Part shown: positions 48,789 to 59,708 of the stretch, in pieces
How the letters are laid out: each line of letters opens with the position of its first letter
Numbering within the stretch: the stretch's first letter is position 1
NCBI GenBank assembly: GCA_003559475.1
Contig: PWLF01000078.1
Location: 1-60,493 of the forward strand
Source of the DNA: Bacteroidales bacterium
Lineage (GTDB): Bacteria; Bacteroidota; Bacteroidia; Bacteroidales; UBA7960
Direction: 5' to 3'
Length of the DNA: 60,493 nucleotides
Notes under the pieces: generated by a model
Database searches by the model: none
Told to the model about the DNA's origin: nothing
The model's input: the letters and a program-made list of their open reading frames with translations, nothing else
Made by a program: the position numbers and the translations under genes

Positions 48789-49995
48789 TTTTGAAAATAC
48801 ACAATTTGACAGTATTGAAGATGCAATAAAAGATATAAAAGCCGGAAAAGTAATCATTGTTGTTGATGATGAAGACAGAGAAAATGAAGGAGATTTTATA
48901 GCTGCATCCGAAGCAGTTACTCCGGAAATAGTTAATTTTATGGCTATGCATGGAAGAGGGCTTATATGTACTCCTATAACTACAAGTCGTTGCAAAGAGT
49001 TAGATTTAGATTTAATGGTATCAAAAAACACTTCAATGCATGAAACACCTTTTACCGTTTCTGTAGATTTAATAGGAAAAGGTTGTTCGACCGGAATTTC
49101 AGCATCTGACAGAGCAAAAACCATACAAGCGCTTGCTGACCCTAATACAGATCCTAGTGAATTAGCTAGACCCGGTCATATTTTCCCTCTTATGGCAAGA
49201 GAAGGTGGAGTTATTCAAAGAGCAGGTCATACTGAAGCAGCAATAGATCTTGCGCGATTAGCAGGATTTAACCCATGTGGTACATTAGTTGAAATAATGA
49301 ACCCGGATGGAACCATGGCCAGGTTGCCTGAATTACAAAAAATTGCAAAAAAATTTAACCTGAAAATTATTTCTATTGAACAGCTAATTGCATATAGAAT
49401 TAAAAATGAGAGCCTTATTAAACAAGAAATAGTTGTTGATTTGCCAACTGACTGGGGTCATTTTTCTTTAGCAGCATTCAAACAAACTACTAATAGTCAA
49501 ATGCATTTAGCTCTAGTAAAAGGTTCCTGGGATGCTGACGAGGAAGTTTTAGTAAGAGTTCACTCTGCATGCCTTACAGGAGATATTTTTGGCTCTTGCA
49601 AATGTGACTGTGGAGGGCAACTTCATGAAGCTATGAAAAGAGTTGAAAAAGCAGGTAAAGGTATTGTATTATATATGAATCAAGAAGGCAGAGGGATAGG
49701 GCTTCTTAATAAATTAAAGGCTTATCAGCTTCAAGAAAAAGGACTTGATACTGTTGAAGCAAATATAAAACTCGGATTTAAAGCTGACGAAAGAGATTAT
49801 GGAATTGGAGCCCAAATACTTAGATATCTGAAAGCACATAGAATTAAACTCCTAACGAATAACCCACATAAAAAGAAAGGATTAAGTGGATATGGTATAG
49901 AAATTACTGAAAATATACCACTAATCGTTCATAGCTCCAAACATTGCAAACCTTACATGGAAACAAAGAAAAATAAAATGGGACACGTTTTATAA
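48760..49995 (+). CDS. ribBA: bifunctional 3,4-dihydroxy-2-butanone-4-phosphate synthase / GTP cyclohydrolase II
   Basis: [12 protein letters not shown] (RibB) and [18 protein letters not shown] zinc site (RibA). The start overlaps the GT2 gene by 29 nt. Confidence 0.95.
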   Translation: MSGNQQAENNFENTQFDSIEDAIKDIKAGKVIIVVDDEDRENEGDFIAASEAVTPEIVNFMAMHGRGLICTPITTSRCKELDLDLMVSKNTSMHETPFTVSVDLIGKGCSTGISASDRAKTIQALADPNTDPSELARPGHIFPLMAREGGVIQRAGHTEAAIDLARLAGFNPCGTLVEIMNPDGTMARLPELQKIAKKFNLKIISIEQLIAYRIKNESLIKQEIVVDLPTDWGHFSLAAFKQTTNSQMHLALVKGSWDADEEVLVRVHSACLTGDIFGSCKCDCGGQLHEAMKRVEKAGKGIVLYMNQEGRGIGLLNKLKAYQLQEKGLDTVEANIKLGFKADERDYGIGAQILRYLKAHRIKLLTNNPHKKKGLSGYGIEITENIPLIVHSSKHCKPYMETKKNKMGHVL

Positions 49996-50059
49996 TTTTA
50001 AAACAAGACAGTATTTTTTTTAAATCGAGAATACTATATTAAATTAACAAAATATTAAA

Positions 50060-50683
50060 ATGGAAATTAAAAGCAACAATATAGGAGGTTACGAGAATAT
50101 TGACACATACGACCAGGAAAAGATTGACACCCTTGCATCATATTATAAAAACATACTTAACGAAATTGGCGAAAACGCTGATAGAGAAGGACTTAAAGAC
50201 TCTCCTGTACGTATTGCAAAGTCTATACAATACCTTACACAAGGATATGATATAAACCCTCATGAGCTTTTAAAAAAAGCTATGTTTAAAGAGGATTACA
50301 AACAAATGGTTATTGTAAAGGATATAGAGATATTCTCTTTATGCGAACATCACATGCTCCCATTTATTGGTAAAGCTCATGTTGCTTATATTCCTGATGG
50401 ACATATCGTTGGACTTAGCAAAATACCAAGAGTAGTAGATGCTTATGCAAGAAGATTGCAAGTACAAGAAAGATTAACAACACAAATTAAAAATTGTATT
50501 CAAGAAACTCTTAATCCAATAGGCGTAGCAGTTGTTATTGAAGCACATCACTTATGTATGATGATGAGAGGTGTACAAAAACAAAACTCTGTATCAACAA
50601 CAAGCGATTTTACCGGGGCATTCCTCAATGAAAGCAAAACAAGAAGCGAATTTATTAGTTTATTAGGATCTAACTTACGTTAA
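50060..50683 (+). CDS. folE: GTP cyclohydrolase I
   Basis: [24 protein letters not shown] and RLQVQERLT motifs. Confidence 0.95.
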   Translation: MEIKSNNIGGYENIDTYDQEKIDTLASYYKNILNEIGENADREGLKDSPVRIAKSIQYLTQGYDINPHELLKKAMFKEDYKQMVIVKDIEIFSLCEHHMLPFIGKAHVAYIPDGHIVGLSKIPRVVDAYARRLQVQERLTTQIKNCIQETLNPIGVAVVIEAHHLCMMMRGVQKQNSVSTTSDFTGAFLNESKTRSEFISLLGSNLR

Positions 50684-50696
50684 AAATTATTAAAGT

Positions 50697-52208
50697 ATGA
50701 AGATTCTTTCTTCTTCACAAATAAGAGAAGCTGACGCATATACTATACAAAATGAACCTATCGCATCAATTGATTTGATGGAGCGTGCTTCAAAAGCTTG
50801 TTATAATTGGATAAAACGTAACTTTAAGAAAAAAAAGAATGTTTGTATTTTCTGCGGAATGGGGAATAACGGAGGAGATGGATTAGCTATAGCCAGAATG
50901 TTACAAGGCACCGGACACAACGTTACTGTTTATATTATTAATCATGCAGAAAAAGGATCAGAAGATTTTAATATTAACAAAGAACGGTTAAAAAAAGTAA
51001 GAGGGCTTAAGATTAATGAATTAAGAGAAAAAGATACCCTCCCCCACATTGAAAATGAAGTGCTTGTCATAGATGCCATGTTTGGTTCAGGACTAAAAAA
51101 ACCTTTGAAAGGTTTTATAGCATCTATTGTGCATCACATAAATAAATCAAAAGCAACCGTAATAGCTATAGATTTTCCCTCAGGGCTTTTTTGTGAAGAT
51201 AACAGTGAAAATATTACTGATAATATTATAAAAGCAACTCACACTCTTACATTTCAGTTACCTAAACTGTCTTTTATGTTTGCCGAAAACGATAAATATA
51301 TTGGAGAGTGTCATATTTTAGATATTGGTCTTGATAATGATTTTATAAATCAGTTAAAAACAAATTATAGTTTTATTACCGGCAATGATATAATTCCATT
51401 ATACAAAGCACGTCAAAAACATGCACATAAAGGCAGATTTGGGCATGGTTTAATTATTTCCGGCAGTTATGGAAAAATGGGTGCTGCAATATTAGCAGCA
51501 AAAGGAGCTATTCGTTCAGGAATAGGTTTGCTTACCATTCACACACCAAAGAGTGGTTATAATATTATACAATCAACTGTTCCTGAAGCAATGTGCAGTA
51601 TTGATGAAGATGACATGTTTTTTTCAGGAATAAAAGATACAGGACATTTTAATGCTATTGGTATTGGCCCGGGTATTGGATTAGATAATAAAACGGAAGC
51701 TGCACTAAAGTTATTAATTCAAAATTATTCAGCTCCAATGGTGTTTGATGCCGATGCTCTGAATATAATTTCTAAAAACAAAACCTGGCTATCTTTTATA
51801 CCTAAAGGATCTATTCTAACACCCCATATTAAAGAATTTGAAAGAATAGCAGGGAAAGTCCATAATAGTTATCAGAGAATGGAAAAAGCATTGGAATTAG
51901 CTTTTAAATATCAGATATTCATTATTTTAAAAGGAGCAAATACACTTATAGCTTTTCCTGATGGCAGAGTATATTTTAACTCTACGGGGAATCCAGGTAT
52001 GGCAACAGGTGGAAGTGGAGACGTCCTTACCGGAATAATACTCGGCTTATTAACTCAAGGATATCTTCCATCTCAAGCTTCAATAGCGGGAGTATATCTC
52101 CATGGATATGCAGGAGATATAGCAGCAAGAAAAAAAGGTTATGAATCATTAATTGCCGGAGATATTAACGATAATTTATATAAAGCTTTTAAAAAAACTT
52201 TTTACTAA
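50697..52208 (+). CDS. nnr: bifunctional NAD(P)H-hydrate epimerase / ADP-dependent dehydratase
   Basis: YjeF-N domain (GMGNNGGDG) plus the C-terminal carbohydrate-kinase domain (GGSGDVLTG). Confidence 0.9.
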   Translation: MKILSSSQIREADAYTIQNEPIASIDLMERASKACYNWIKRNFKKKKNVCIFCGMGNNGGDGLAIARMLQGTGHNVTVYIINHAEKGSEDFNINKERLKKVRGLKINELREKDTLPHIENEVLVIDAMFGSGLKKPLKGFIASIVHHINKSKATVIAIDFPSGLFCEDNSENITDNIIKATHTLTFQLPKLSFMFAENDKYIGECHILDIGLDNDFINQLKTNYSFITGNDIIPLYKARQKHAHKGRFGHGLIISGSYGKMGAAILAAKGAIRSGIGLLTIHTPKSGYNIIQSTVPEAMCSIDEDDMFFSGIKDTGHFNAIGIGPGIGLDNKTEAALKLLIQNYSAPMVFDADALNIISKNKTWLSFIPKGSILTPHIKEFERIAGKVHNSYQRMEKALELAFKYQIFIILKGANTLIAFPDGRVYFNSTGNPGMATGGSGDVLTGIILGLLTQGYLPSQASIAGVYLHGYAGDIAARKKGYESLIAGDINDNLYKAFKKTFY

Positions 52209-52284
52209 ATTCTATTTAATGATATAAGCTTAATATATTATTTACAAAAAACACCATTGTTCGTTAAAAAAACATTCAATAAAA

Positions 52285-53046
52285 GTGAAAATAACTGTTT
52301 TAGGCTCAGGAACATCGCAAGGAATGCCTGTAATAGCATGTGATTGCAAGGTTTGCAAAAGTAATGACAAATATGACAAAAGATTGCGGACCTCAATATT
52401 TGTTGAAACAGATTCAACAAATATTGTTATTGATGCCGGACCTGACTTCAGACAGCAAATGTTAAGAGAAAACGTAAAAAAACTTGATGCTGTTTTAATT
52501 ACTCATGAACACAGAGATCATATAGGAGGTTTGGATGATATTCGATCATTTAATTGGATACAAAATAAACCTATGGAAATTTATGCAAGAAAAAAAGTTG
52601 CAGATTCCATTAAAAAAGAGTATTCATACGCCTTTGATGAGTACAAGTATCCCGGAGTACCTGACATTGAAATAAATATTATTGAAAATAAAAACTTCTT
52701 TGTTAATGATATTGAAATAACTCCTATTGAAGCTATGCATCATAAATTGCCGGTTTTTGGGTTTCGTATAGGCGACTTTTCATACCTTACCGATGCAAAT
52801 AATATAAATAATACAGAACTGCAGAAAATGAAAGGTTCAAAATATATTATAATAAATGCTTTAAGAAAAGAAAAACATATATCTCATTTTACTCTAGATG
52901 AAGCTGTTGAAATACTAAAGATTTTAAAACCTCAACAAGGCTACATAATTCATGTTGGGCATCAAATGGGTTTTCATAAAGAAATTAATCATGAATTGCC
53001 AAAAAACATTTCTCTTAGCTATGACGGATTAAATTTTTATTTATAA
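52285..53046 (+). CDS. MBL-fold metallo-hydrolase (PhnP-like)
   Basis: GTG start. LGSGTSQGMP, CxCxxC (ACDCKVCKS), and THEHRDHIGG (HxHxDH). Confidence 0.8.
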   Translation: MKITVLGSGTSQGMPVIACDCKVCKSNDKYDKRLRTSIFVETDSTNIVIDAGPDFRQQMLRENVKKLDAVLITHEHRDHIGGLDDIRSFNWIQNKPMEIYARKKVADSIKKEYSYAFDEYKYPGVPDIEINIIENKNFFVNDIEITPIEAMHHKLPVFGFRIGDFSYLTDANNINNTELQKMKGSKYIIINALRKEKHISHFTLDEAVEILKILKPQQGYIIHVGHQMGFHKEINHELPKNISLSYDGLNFYL

Positions 53047-53079
53047 TTAAGATTGTTACATAATCCAAAAATAAAATTA

Positions 53080-53087
53080 TATATTTG
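53080..53087 (+). promoter_or_regulatory. -7 promoter box TATATTTG(CA)
   Basis: Exact TAnnTTTG 76 nt upstream of the ATG at 53163. Confidence 0.4.
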
Positions 53088-53162
53088 CAATTAAACAATA
53101 TTTTTTTACATATTCATTACAAATATAACGTAGTATAATTATAAACAAAAAATTATCACACC

Positions 53163-53609
53163 ATGAAAAAAACAATTTATTTAAAAAACGCAGGAATCTT
53201 ACAAAAGATTTCTTTTATTTTATTTCTTTTAATGATAATTTCAGCATGCGGAGATGGTCAGCAAAGAGCTGAAAGAATACAAAAAGAGCAACTAAAAGAA
53301 GCTAAAGAACAAACAGAAGAAAGCATAAATCAGGTTAAAAGTAGCATTGAACAAAGAATAGATGACCTTGATAAAGAAATAGAAAAAGCTGAGGGCGAAC
53401 TTGAAAAAGAACTTAAAAAGGCGCAAGTTGAGTTAAAAGAAGAAATCTCTGTTCTTAATAATAAATTAGAAAAAGTCAAAGAAGCTTCTTTAAACGAATG
53501 GAATGATATTTTATCTAAGACTACAGAAGTTGTTTCCAGTGCAAGAGAGTCTGCTAATGAAATATCTGAAAAGGTAAGGAAACAAATAGAAAAACAAGAA
53601 GAGTTATAA
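53163..53609 (+). CDS. coiled-coil lipoprotein (hypothetical)
   Basis: Signal peptide with lipobox (IISAC), followed by ~115 aa of E/K-rich heptad-like sequence. Confidence 0.55.
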   Translation: MKKTIYLKNAGILQKISFILFLLMIISACGDGQQRAERIQKEQLKEAKEQTEESINQVKSSIEQRIDDLDKEIEKAEGELEKELKKAQVELKEEISVLNNKLEKVKEASLNEWNDILSKTTEVVSSARESANEISEKVRKQIEKQEEL

Positions 53610-53628
53610 TTCAAGAAGAGTTATAATT
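53595..53628. repeat. perfect 17-bp tandem duplication spanning the lipoprotein stop codon
   Basis: CAAGAAGAGTTATAATT occurs twice (53595-53611, 53612-53628). Copy 1 encodes ...QEEL-TAA. Confidence 0.95.
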
Positions 53629-53640
53629 TGGGATTTTATA

Positions 53641-53685
53641 AAAAAAGACCTTAAGTATTTTTAAAATATTTTAAGGTCTTTTTTT
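53641..53685. terminator. bidirectional intrinsic terminator between convergent genes
   Basis: AAAAAAGACCTTAA ... TTAAGGTCTTTTTTT gives a GC-containing stem flanked by an A-run and a T-run. It sits between the 53609 (+) and 53702 (-) gene ends. Confidence 0.65.
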
Positions 53686-53701
53686 ATGCTTTAAAAATCA
53701 T

Positions 53702-54157
53702 CTAATTTTCTCTCATAACATACTCATCATATTCCAATTCAAATCTAAGTTTATGCTTAGATTCTTCAATTGCCAACGCACTAAATATCTTTTTTAGTTC
53801 AGGATCATTAGCGCGTTTTTCAAGTTCAGTATATAATTTATATGCTGCTTTTTCCTTATTCATAGCAACAACCAAGGCTTCTTCATAACTCATATCGGGA
53901 GAAGGCTTAGTTTTTGCAACATAATCAGCAATTTTTAAATCGGCTACTTCTTCTTGTTTCATTTCAAAGACACCTTCATCCTTAATCTTTTTTAATTTTG
54001 CTTTGTGACCAACTTCCTCTTGTGCAAATTGAAGAAATACTTTTTTTATTTCAGAATTTTCAGCCTGAGAAGCAAGTTGGTTGTAAAAATCTACAGCCTC
54101 CTGCTCAGAATTCATAGCAAAATCAAGTATTTCATTAGCTGAATTGAATTTTTCCAT
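53702..54157 (-). CDS. ferritin-like diiron protein (rubrerythrin-type four-helix bundle, no rubredoxin domain)
   Basis: Two E...ExxH pairs (EQEAVDFY / EEVGHKAKL and NKEKAAYKLY / IEESKHKLRFE). Confidence 0.72.
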   Translation of the reverse strand: MEKFNSANEILDFAMNSEQEAVDFYNQLASQAENSEIKKVFLQFAQEEVGHKAKLKKIKDEGVFEMKQEEVADLKIADYVAKTKPSPDMSYEEALVVAMNKEKAAYKLYTELEKRANDPELKKIFSALAIEESKHKLRFELEYDEYVMREN

Positions 54158-54245
54158 ATTTAAAATTTATCCTTAGTTAATAATTTATTCTCTTCTTTTA
54201 ATTCTTGTTATTTTTATAATACGTTTGTTAATTATATTAAATAAA

Positions 54246-57200
54246 TTAAAAAGATTTTTCAAACTCTTCATCAAATCTTTTTACCAAATAATCACATCCG
54301 TATTTAAACAATCTATCTTTACTGTCAGTCTTAGTATATATAAATGACTTATAAGGTTTTTCATTCTTAGATACTTTTTCTAGCATTTTTGTTATCTCAT
54401 CAAAAGTATCATTAGGATTTTTAACTTCTGTTTTAACGCCCAATTTATTTTGCAATGCTAAAATTTGTTCAAAGCTATTTTTTTTCACAGGGCTTTCCGT
54501 TTCCGGATTGATTTTTTGAATATACTTTTGAGTATTAGTAAAACTTCCTCCCGTTTCAAAATGAAATGAAGCGGGTAATATAAGGTCGCAGTTTTTAGAC
54601 GTCTCTGTTATAAAATAATCCTGCACGACTTTAAAATCCGCTTTTTTAAATACGTCCTTAATGCTTTTACTATCTTTAGCACAACCTAATGGATCTTCTC
54701 CGAAAACAAAAATATTTTTAAATTTTCCTTGTTCAGCCGATTTCCATAAATTCTTTTCATTTTTGCTATAGCCATTAAGCATTTGTCCACATTTTTCCAT
54801 ATCTAATACACCTTGCGCATTATTTTTCTCTTTCAAAGAAATGATTCCGGATGATGTTTTACCCAACTTTCCGGTTATCATAGCCATGTTTCTTATTTCT
54901 GTACAAGCATTTCCCGAAAGATTAATTTCTCCAAAAATAATAACCGCTTTATCTTCTTTTACATAACTTTCACAAAAATCTTTGATGAAAGTTTTATCAA
55001 CTCCTGCTTTTTTAATTATCTCATCAAAATTTTCTGACAATATTTTCTCACAATATTCACCAAAATTATCACAACTGTCAGTAAAAACTTTATTATACAT
55101 TTTATTATTTATCAAATAATGATTAACAGCTTTAACAAAATAATAATAAGACTTTATTACATTAACATTTGATGCTTTATGAGCCATACGATTTTTCGAA
55201 TTCGTTGTTATAAGGTCAACGCAAGTATTATGAGCAAAAGAACTATTAAAAACATCAAAACCAACAACACCATTCTCATAATTAAGTTCTGAGCCGATAA
55301 TTATAATTTTTCCGGCATCTTTAAGCTGTTCAAATGGAACATTTTTATATGAATTGTTGAAATATCCTTCAAAATTTTTATCATAAATTGAGTTGGAAAT
55401 ATTGTTTGTCTGAACACCTTTTCTTGCCAATTTTTGAATCATAAATAATTCTTCATTAGTAAGTCTTGCACTTGTAAAAAAGGCATTCTCATCAGGATTA
55501 ACATTTTGAATCTTTTGTGCAATCAAATCGAAAGCTTTTTCAAAAGATATTTCTTTAAACTTACCATTTTGTTTTAGCCATGGTTTAGTTATACGACTTT
55601 TATCATTCAAATATCTATAGCCAAACCTTGCATATCTGCATATATTTCCATCTTTATTAGCTAAGCCGATTTTACCCGTAACTCTGTTAAAGAATGATGA
55701 CTTGTGGTGTATTGTCATTTCACAACCTATTGAGCAGTAATTACATACAGTATCGAATGAATCATTTTTAAGAGGTCCGGGTTTAAAAGGCATATTTTCA
55801 GCAATTGCACCTGTTGGGCAAGTAGAAATGCACATACCACATGATTCACATTTAGTATCAGATAATTTTCCATCTAAACTTGGCGCCACATAGGTATCAA
55901 AACCTCTGTTTATCAGACCCAGGGCTTTTGCTCCTACGACCTCACCGCAAATTCTGACACATCTGCCACAAAGGATACATTTATTATTATCAATTTCAAT
56001 ATAAGGATGAGAGAAATCAACATTATACTCATTATATCCACCAAAAAAGCCTTTTTGATCAGCATTATAATCCGTGGCATATTTTTTCAGGTCACAATCA
56101 TAAAGTTCAGCACAGCCACATTCTAAACAACGTTGGGTTTCTTGCTTAGCGTCTTCATCCGAATAACCCAATTCAACTTCATTAAAGTTTTTTCTTTTAT
56201 CCGCATCCAAAACAGGCATTTCTCTCCTTTTTTTGCGTTTGAATTGAGCTAGATAATCTTCTTTTGATTGCTCTTTAAAATTATCTTTTTTGCTTAAAAA
56301 CTCTTTGGGTAAAGGTTTTACTTTTTCACCTTTTAAGAATAAATCACAGCTATTTGCTGCTATTCTTCCTTGAGCAATAGCTTCAATAAGAGTAGCAGGC
56401 CCTGTTACTCCGTCACCACATGCAAAAATTGAAGGTATAGAAGTTTGAAGGGTTCCGGAATCTGCATCAATATCACCCCATTTATTTAATTTAAACTCTT
56501 TTTCAGCATTATTATTAATATCATCAACAAAATCCGCCACTGTTTTTTGTCCAATAGCCGCAAGAATATAATCAAGGTCAACATCAAATTCAGATCCATC
56601 AATTTTAACAGGTCTTCTTCTTCCTGAAGCATCCGGTTCGCCTAATTTCATTTCATAACATGTAAGTGATTTAAGGTCACCTTTTTCATCTTTATTAACT
56701 TTTGCAGGCGCTGTCAAAAACATATATTTAATATTTTCCAACTTAGATTCGTGAATTTCTATTGGATTTGCGGGCATTTCTTTTTCTGTTCGTCTATACA
56801 GCACCGTTACTTCTTCTGCTCCGCAACGCATTGCTGTTCTACAACAATCCATAGCAGTATTCCCTCCACCAATCACTGCAACTTTTTTACCTGAAAAGTC
56901 CATTTTTTTGCCGGTGGCTTCCATATTTCTTAAAAATTCTATACCTGAAAAGATATTTCCGGCATCATCATTTTCACAGCCTATACCTGTACCTTTTTGA
57001 GAACCGATAGCTAAAACTACACTATCATAATCCTTTTTTAAGTTCTTGTAGCTGATATTATCTCCAAGTTTTTTATTATAATGAATTTTTACCCCAAGGT
57101 CGGTAATAGCTTTCACTTCTTTATCAATAATATCATTAGGTAGACGATACGGAGGTATTCCATATCTTAACATTCCGCCGGGATGTTCATTAGCTTCAAA

Positions 57201-57866
57201 TATTTCAACTTTATGCCCTTCTATTGCGAGGTAATATGCAACGGTAAGACCTCCGGGCCCTGCTCCTATAACAGCAACTTTCTTTCCTGTAGAAGGTTTA
57301 ATTTTTGGTTTATATGATTTTTTTGATTCCAAATCTTTATCGGAGGCATATCTTTTAAGATAATCTATACCAACTCCGTTTTTATCAATCAAGTTTCTAC
57401 GACAAGCGACTTCACAAGGTCTGACACAAACTCTTCCGCAAATTGCAGGCAAAGGATTTACCTGTTTTATCAAACCCACTGCTTCACTAAACAACCCTTG
57501 GTCTATCAAAGATATATAACCCTGAACATCGACACCGGCGGGGCATTCTTCACGACACGGGGCTACACAATCTGCATAATGATTACTAACTAACAATTCT
57601 AGTGCAATTTTTCTTGAATTATTAATTTTCTCATTATCTGTTATAATACGCATACCCTCTTTTAAATAAGTTGAGCATGCAGGCTGTAACCCACGCATAT
57701 CTTCCACCTCAACTACACATAAATAACAAGAAGAATAAGGTTCAAGCCTTGGATCATTACATAATGTAGGTATATGAATATTATTACGTTCTGCTAAACT
57801 AAGAATAGTTTCTCCCTCATACCCATCAACAATTTGATCGTTTAAAATTATATTAAGTTTGGTCAT
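54246..57866 (-). CDS. 1206-aa multidomain Fe-S flavoprotein: [2Fe-2S] ferredoxin + GltD-like NAD(P)H FAD oxidoreductase + 2x[4Fe-4S] + NuoG/FdhA-like molybdopterin-fold domain
   Basis: N-terminus CNDPRLEPYSSCYLCVVEV...ACST. GltD-like CREECPAG...CGRVCVRPCEVAC and GAGPGGL / GGGNTAMDC. CILCGRCVRIC and CESCGMCISTCP. Mo-bisPGD-type cluster CNYCSIGCEM...C, then an FdhA-like region (ARLTNEELFMIQKLARKG) with no recognisable Cys/Sec Mo-ligand motif. Confidence 0.85.
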   Translation of the reverse strand: MTKLNIILNDQIVDGYEGETILSLAERNNIHIPTLCNDPRLEPYSSCYLCVVEVEDMRGLQPACSTYLKEGMRIITDNEKINNSRKIALELLVSNHYADCVAPCREECPAGVDVQGYISLIDQGLFSEAVGLIKQVNPLPAICGRVCVRPCEVACRRNLIDKNGVGIDYLKRYASDKDLESKKSYKPKIKPSTGKKVAVIGAGPGGLTVAYYLAIEGHKVEIFEANEHPGGMLRYGIPPYRLPNDIIDKEVKAITDLGVKIHYNKKLGDNISYKNLKKDYDSVVLAIGSQKGTGIGCENDDAGNIFSGIEFLRNMEATGKKMDFSGKKVAVIGGGNTAMDCCRTAMRCGAEEVTVLYRRTEKEMPANPIEIHESKLENIKYMFLTAPAKVNKDEKGDLKSLTCYEMKLGEPDASGRRRPVKIDGSEFDVDLDYILAAIGQKTVADFVDDINNNAEKEFKLNKWGDIDADSGTLQTSIPSIFACGDGVTGPATLIEAIAQGRIAANSCDLFLKGEKVKPLPKEFLSKKDNFKEQSKEDYLAQFKRKKRREMPVLDADKRKNFNEVELGYSDEDAKQETQRCLECGCAELYDCDLKKYATDYNADQKGFFGGYNEYNVDFSHPYIEIDNNKCILCGRCVRICGEVVGAKALGLINRGFDTYVAPSLDGKLSDTKCESCGMCISTCPTGAIAENMPFKPGPLKNDSFDTVCNYCSIGCEMTIHHKSSFFNRVTGKIGLANKDGNICRYARFGYRYLNDKSRITKPWLKQNGKFKEISFEKAFDLIAQKIQNVNPDENAFFTSARLTNEELFMIQKLARKGVQTNNISNSIYDKNFEGYFNNSYKNVPFEQLKDAGKIIIIGSELNYENGVVGFDVFNSSFAHNTCVDLITTNSKNRMAHKASNVNVIKSYYYFVKAVNHYLINNKMYNKVFTDSCDNFGEYCEKILSENFDEIIKKAGVDKTFIKDFCESYVKEDKAVIIFGEINLSGNACTEIRNMAMITGKLGKTSSGIISLKEKNNAQGVLDMEKCGQMLNGYSKNEKNLWKSAEQGKFKNIFVFGEDPLGCAKDSKSIKDVFKKADFKVVQDYFITETSKNCDLILPASFHFETGGSFTNTQKYIQKINPETESPVKKNSFEQILALQNKLGVKTEVKNPNDTFDEITKMLEKVSKNEKPYKSFIYTKTDSKDRLFKYGCDYLVKRFDEEFEKSF

Positions 57867-57910
57867 CTTTTTATTGCTTTAAATTATACGATTTTCCTAA
57901 AATTTAAAAA

Positions 57911-59689
57911 TTAACTAAGCTTTATTGCATCAAAATTACATTTGGTAAAGCATACACCGCAGTTAGTACATTTTTCTTGAATAATATAATGAACTTCTTT
58001 TTTATCACCTTCAATAGCATCAACAGGACAAGCTTTTGCACAAACCATACATCCTGTACATTTATCAGGAATAACTTCATAAGTAAGTAATTTTTTACAG
58101 CTTAACGCAGGGCATTTTTTGTCTTTGATATGTGCTTCATATTCATCTCTAAAATACTTTATAGTTGTAAGCACAGGATTTGGGGCTGTTTGCCCTAAGC
58201 CACAAAGAGAACTGTCAATTATTGAATGAGAAAGAGTTTCAAGTCTTTCAATATCACCTTCCTCTCCCTCTCCCTCAGTAATTCTATTGAGAATTTCAAG
58301 CATTCTTTTTGTTCCTATGCGGCAAAACGTACATTTTCCACATGATTCTTTTTGTGTAAAATCGAGAAAAAATTTGGCTATATCAACAACACAAGTTGTT
58401 TCATCCATAACAACCATACCACCGGAGCCCATTATAGCTCCTGTAGCATTAACCGAGTCATAGTCAACTTGAGTATCAGATAAATATTCCGGGATACAAC
58501 CACCGGAGGGACCTCCAAGCTGAACTGCTTTAAATTTTTTATCATCAATTATGCCACCGCCTAACTTATAAATTATATCTTTAATTGAAATCCCCATTGG
58601 AACTTCAACTAAGCCACCATGACGAATTTTTCCGGTTAAAGCAAACACCTTTGTTCCTTTACTTTTTTCAGTACCATACTTAGCATAATTTTTGCTTCCT
58701 TCTGCAATTATCCAAGGGATATTAGCAAAAGTTTCAACATTATTGATATTAGAAGGATACTTCCATAATCCTTTTTCCGCAGGGAAAGGCGGTCTTTTTC
58801 TTGGCATTCCTCTTTCTCCTTCTATAGATGCTATAAGAGCTGTTTCTTCACCACAAACAAAAGCACCTGCACCCTCTTTAACATGTATGTCAAAATCAAA
58901 GCCTTTAATACCAAATATATTTTTACCCAAATACCCTTTTTCTTTTGCTTGTTTTATTGCAATTTCAAGTCTTTTAATAGCTAAAGGATATTCAGCCCGG
59001 CAGTATATATAACCTTCATTAGCACCAATAGCATAGCCACATATTATCATTCCTTCAAGAATACTATGAGGGTCACCTTCTATCAAAGATCTGTCCATAA
59101 AAGCTCCGGGGTCTCCTTCATCAGCATTACAAATCACATACTTCTTATCAGACTTATTATTTTTAGCAAATTTCCACTTCATCCCGGTAGGGAACCCACC
59201 TCCACCGCGTCCTCTTATACCTGAATCCAAAACATTTTGAATAACAGTATCAGGAGAAATTGATTCTTTACCTATATTTTTTATTGCACTATAACCTTTC
59301 TTGGCTTCATAATCGTCAATAGATTCGGGGTCAATATGACCACAATTTCTCAAAGCAATTTTTACCTGATCCTTAAAAAAGGACTCATCTGTACCGTTAT
59401 TTTTACTTGAAGAAACTATATATTCATTTATAGGTGAGATTTTTTTAATATGATTCTCAACAATTTCATCCACACGTTGTTCATCAACACCACCATAGAT
59501 ATATGAGCCGGAATCATCAATAATTTCAACTAAGGGTTCGCGATAACACATACCAACACAACCTGTTTTTCGAAGCTCGAAATCAATATTATCAGCTGAC
59601 TTAATACGCTTAAATTCATCATAGGTTTTATTAGCTCCGGCAGCAAGACCACACGAGCCAAAACCTACTATCACTGTTGCCTTATTCAT
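57911..59689 (-). CDS. NuoF/HydB-like NADH-binding FMN Fe-S subunit
   Basis: N-terminal thioredoxin-like [2Fe-2S] region (CGLAAG...CVGMCYREP), FMN/NADH site GRGGGGFPTGMKW, ESCGKCTFCRIG, and C-terminal 2x[4Fe-4S] (CTGCMVCAKACP, CTNCGVCFTKC). Confidence 0.92.
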   Translation of the reverse strand: MNKATVIVGFGSCGLAAGANKTYDEFKRIKSADNIDFELRKTGCVGMCYREPLVEIIDDSGSYIYGGVDEQRVDEIVENHIKKISPINEYIVSSSKNNGTDESFFKDQVKIALRNCGHIDPESIDDYEAKKGYSAIKNIGKESISPDTVIQNVLDSGIRGRGGGGFPTGMKWKFAKNNKSDKKYVICNADEGDPGAFMDRSLIEGDPHSILEGMIICGYAIGANEGYIYCRAEYPLAIKRLEIAIKQAKEKGYLGKNIFGIKGFDFDIHVKEGAGAFVCGEETALIASIEGERGMPRKRPPFPAEKGLWKYPSNINNVETFANIPWIIAEGSKNYAKYGTEKSKGTKVFALTGKIRHGGLVEVPMGISIKDIIYKLGGGIIDDKKFKAVQLGGPSGGCIPEYLSDTQVDYDSVNATGAIMGSGGMVVMDETTCVVDIAKFFLDFTQKESCGKCTFCRIGTKRMLEILNRITEGEGEEGDIERLETLSHSIIDSSLCGLGQTAPNPVLTTIKYFRDEYEAHIKDKKCPALSCKKLLTYEVIPDKCTGCMVCAKACPVDAIEGDKKEVHYIIQEKCTNCGVCFTKCNFDAIKLS

Positions 59690-59708
59690 ATTTTATATAA
59701 TTTTTGGA

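Noticed and set aside
54246-55700. Calling the C-terminal molybdopterin-fold domain of the 1206-aa protein a formate dehydrogenase
   Set aside because: The FdhA-like N-terminal cluster and TNEE...QKLAR region are present. However, I could not find the Cys/Sec-His Mo-ligand motif, and the domain seems short. I treat it as a NuoG-like cofactor-less domain pending alignment.
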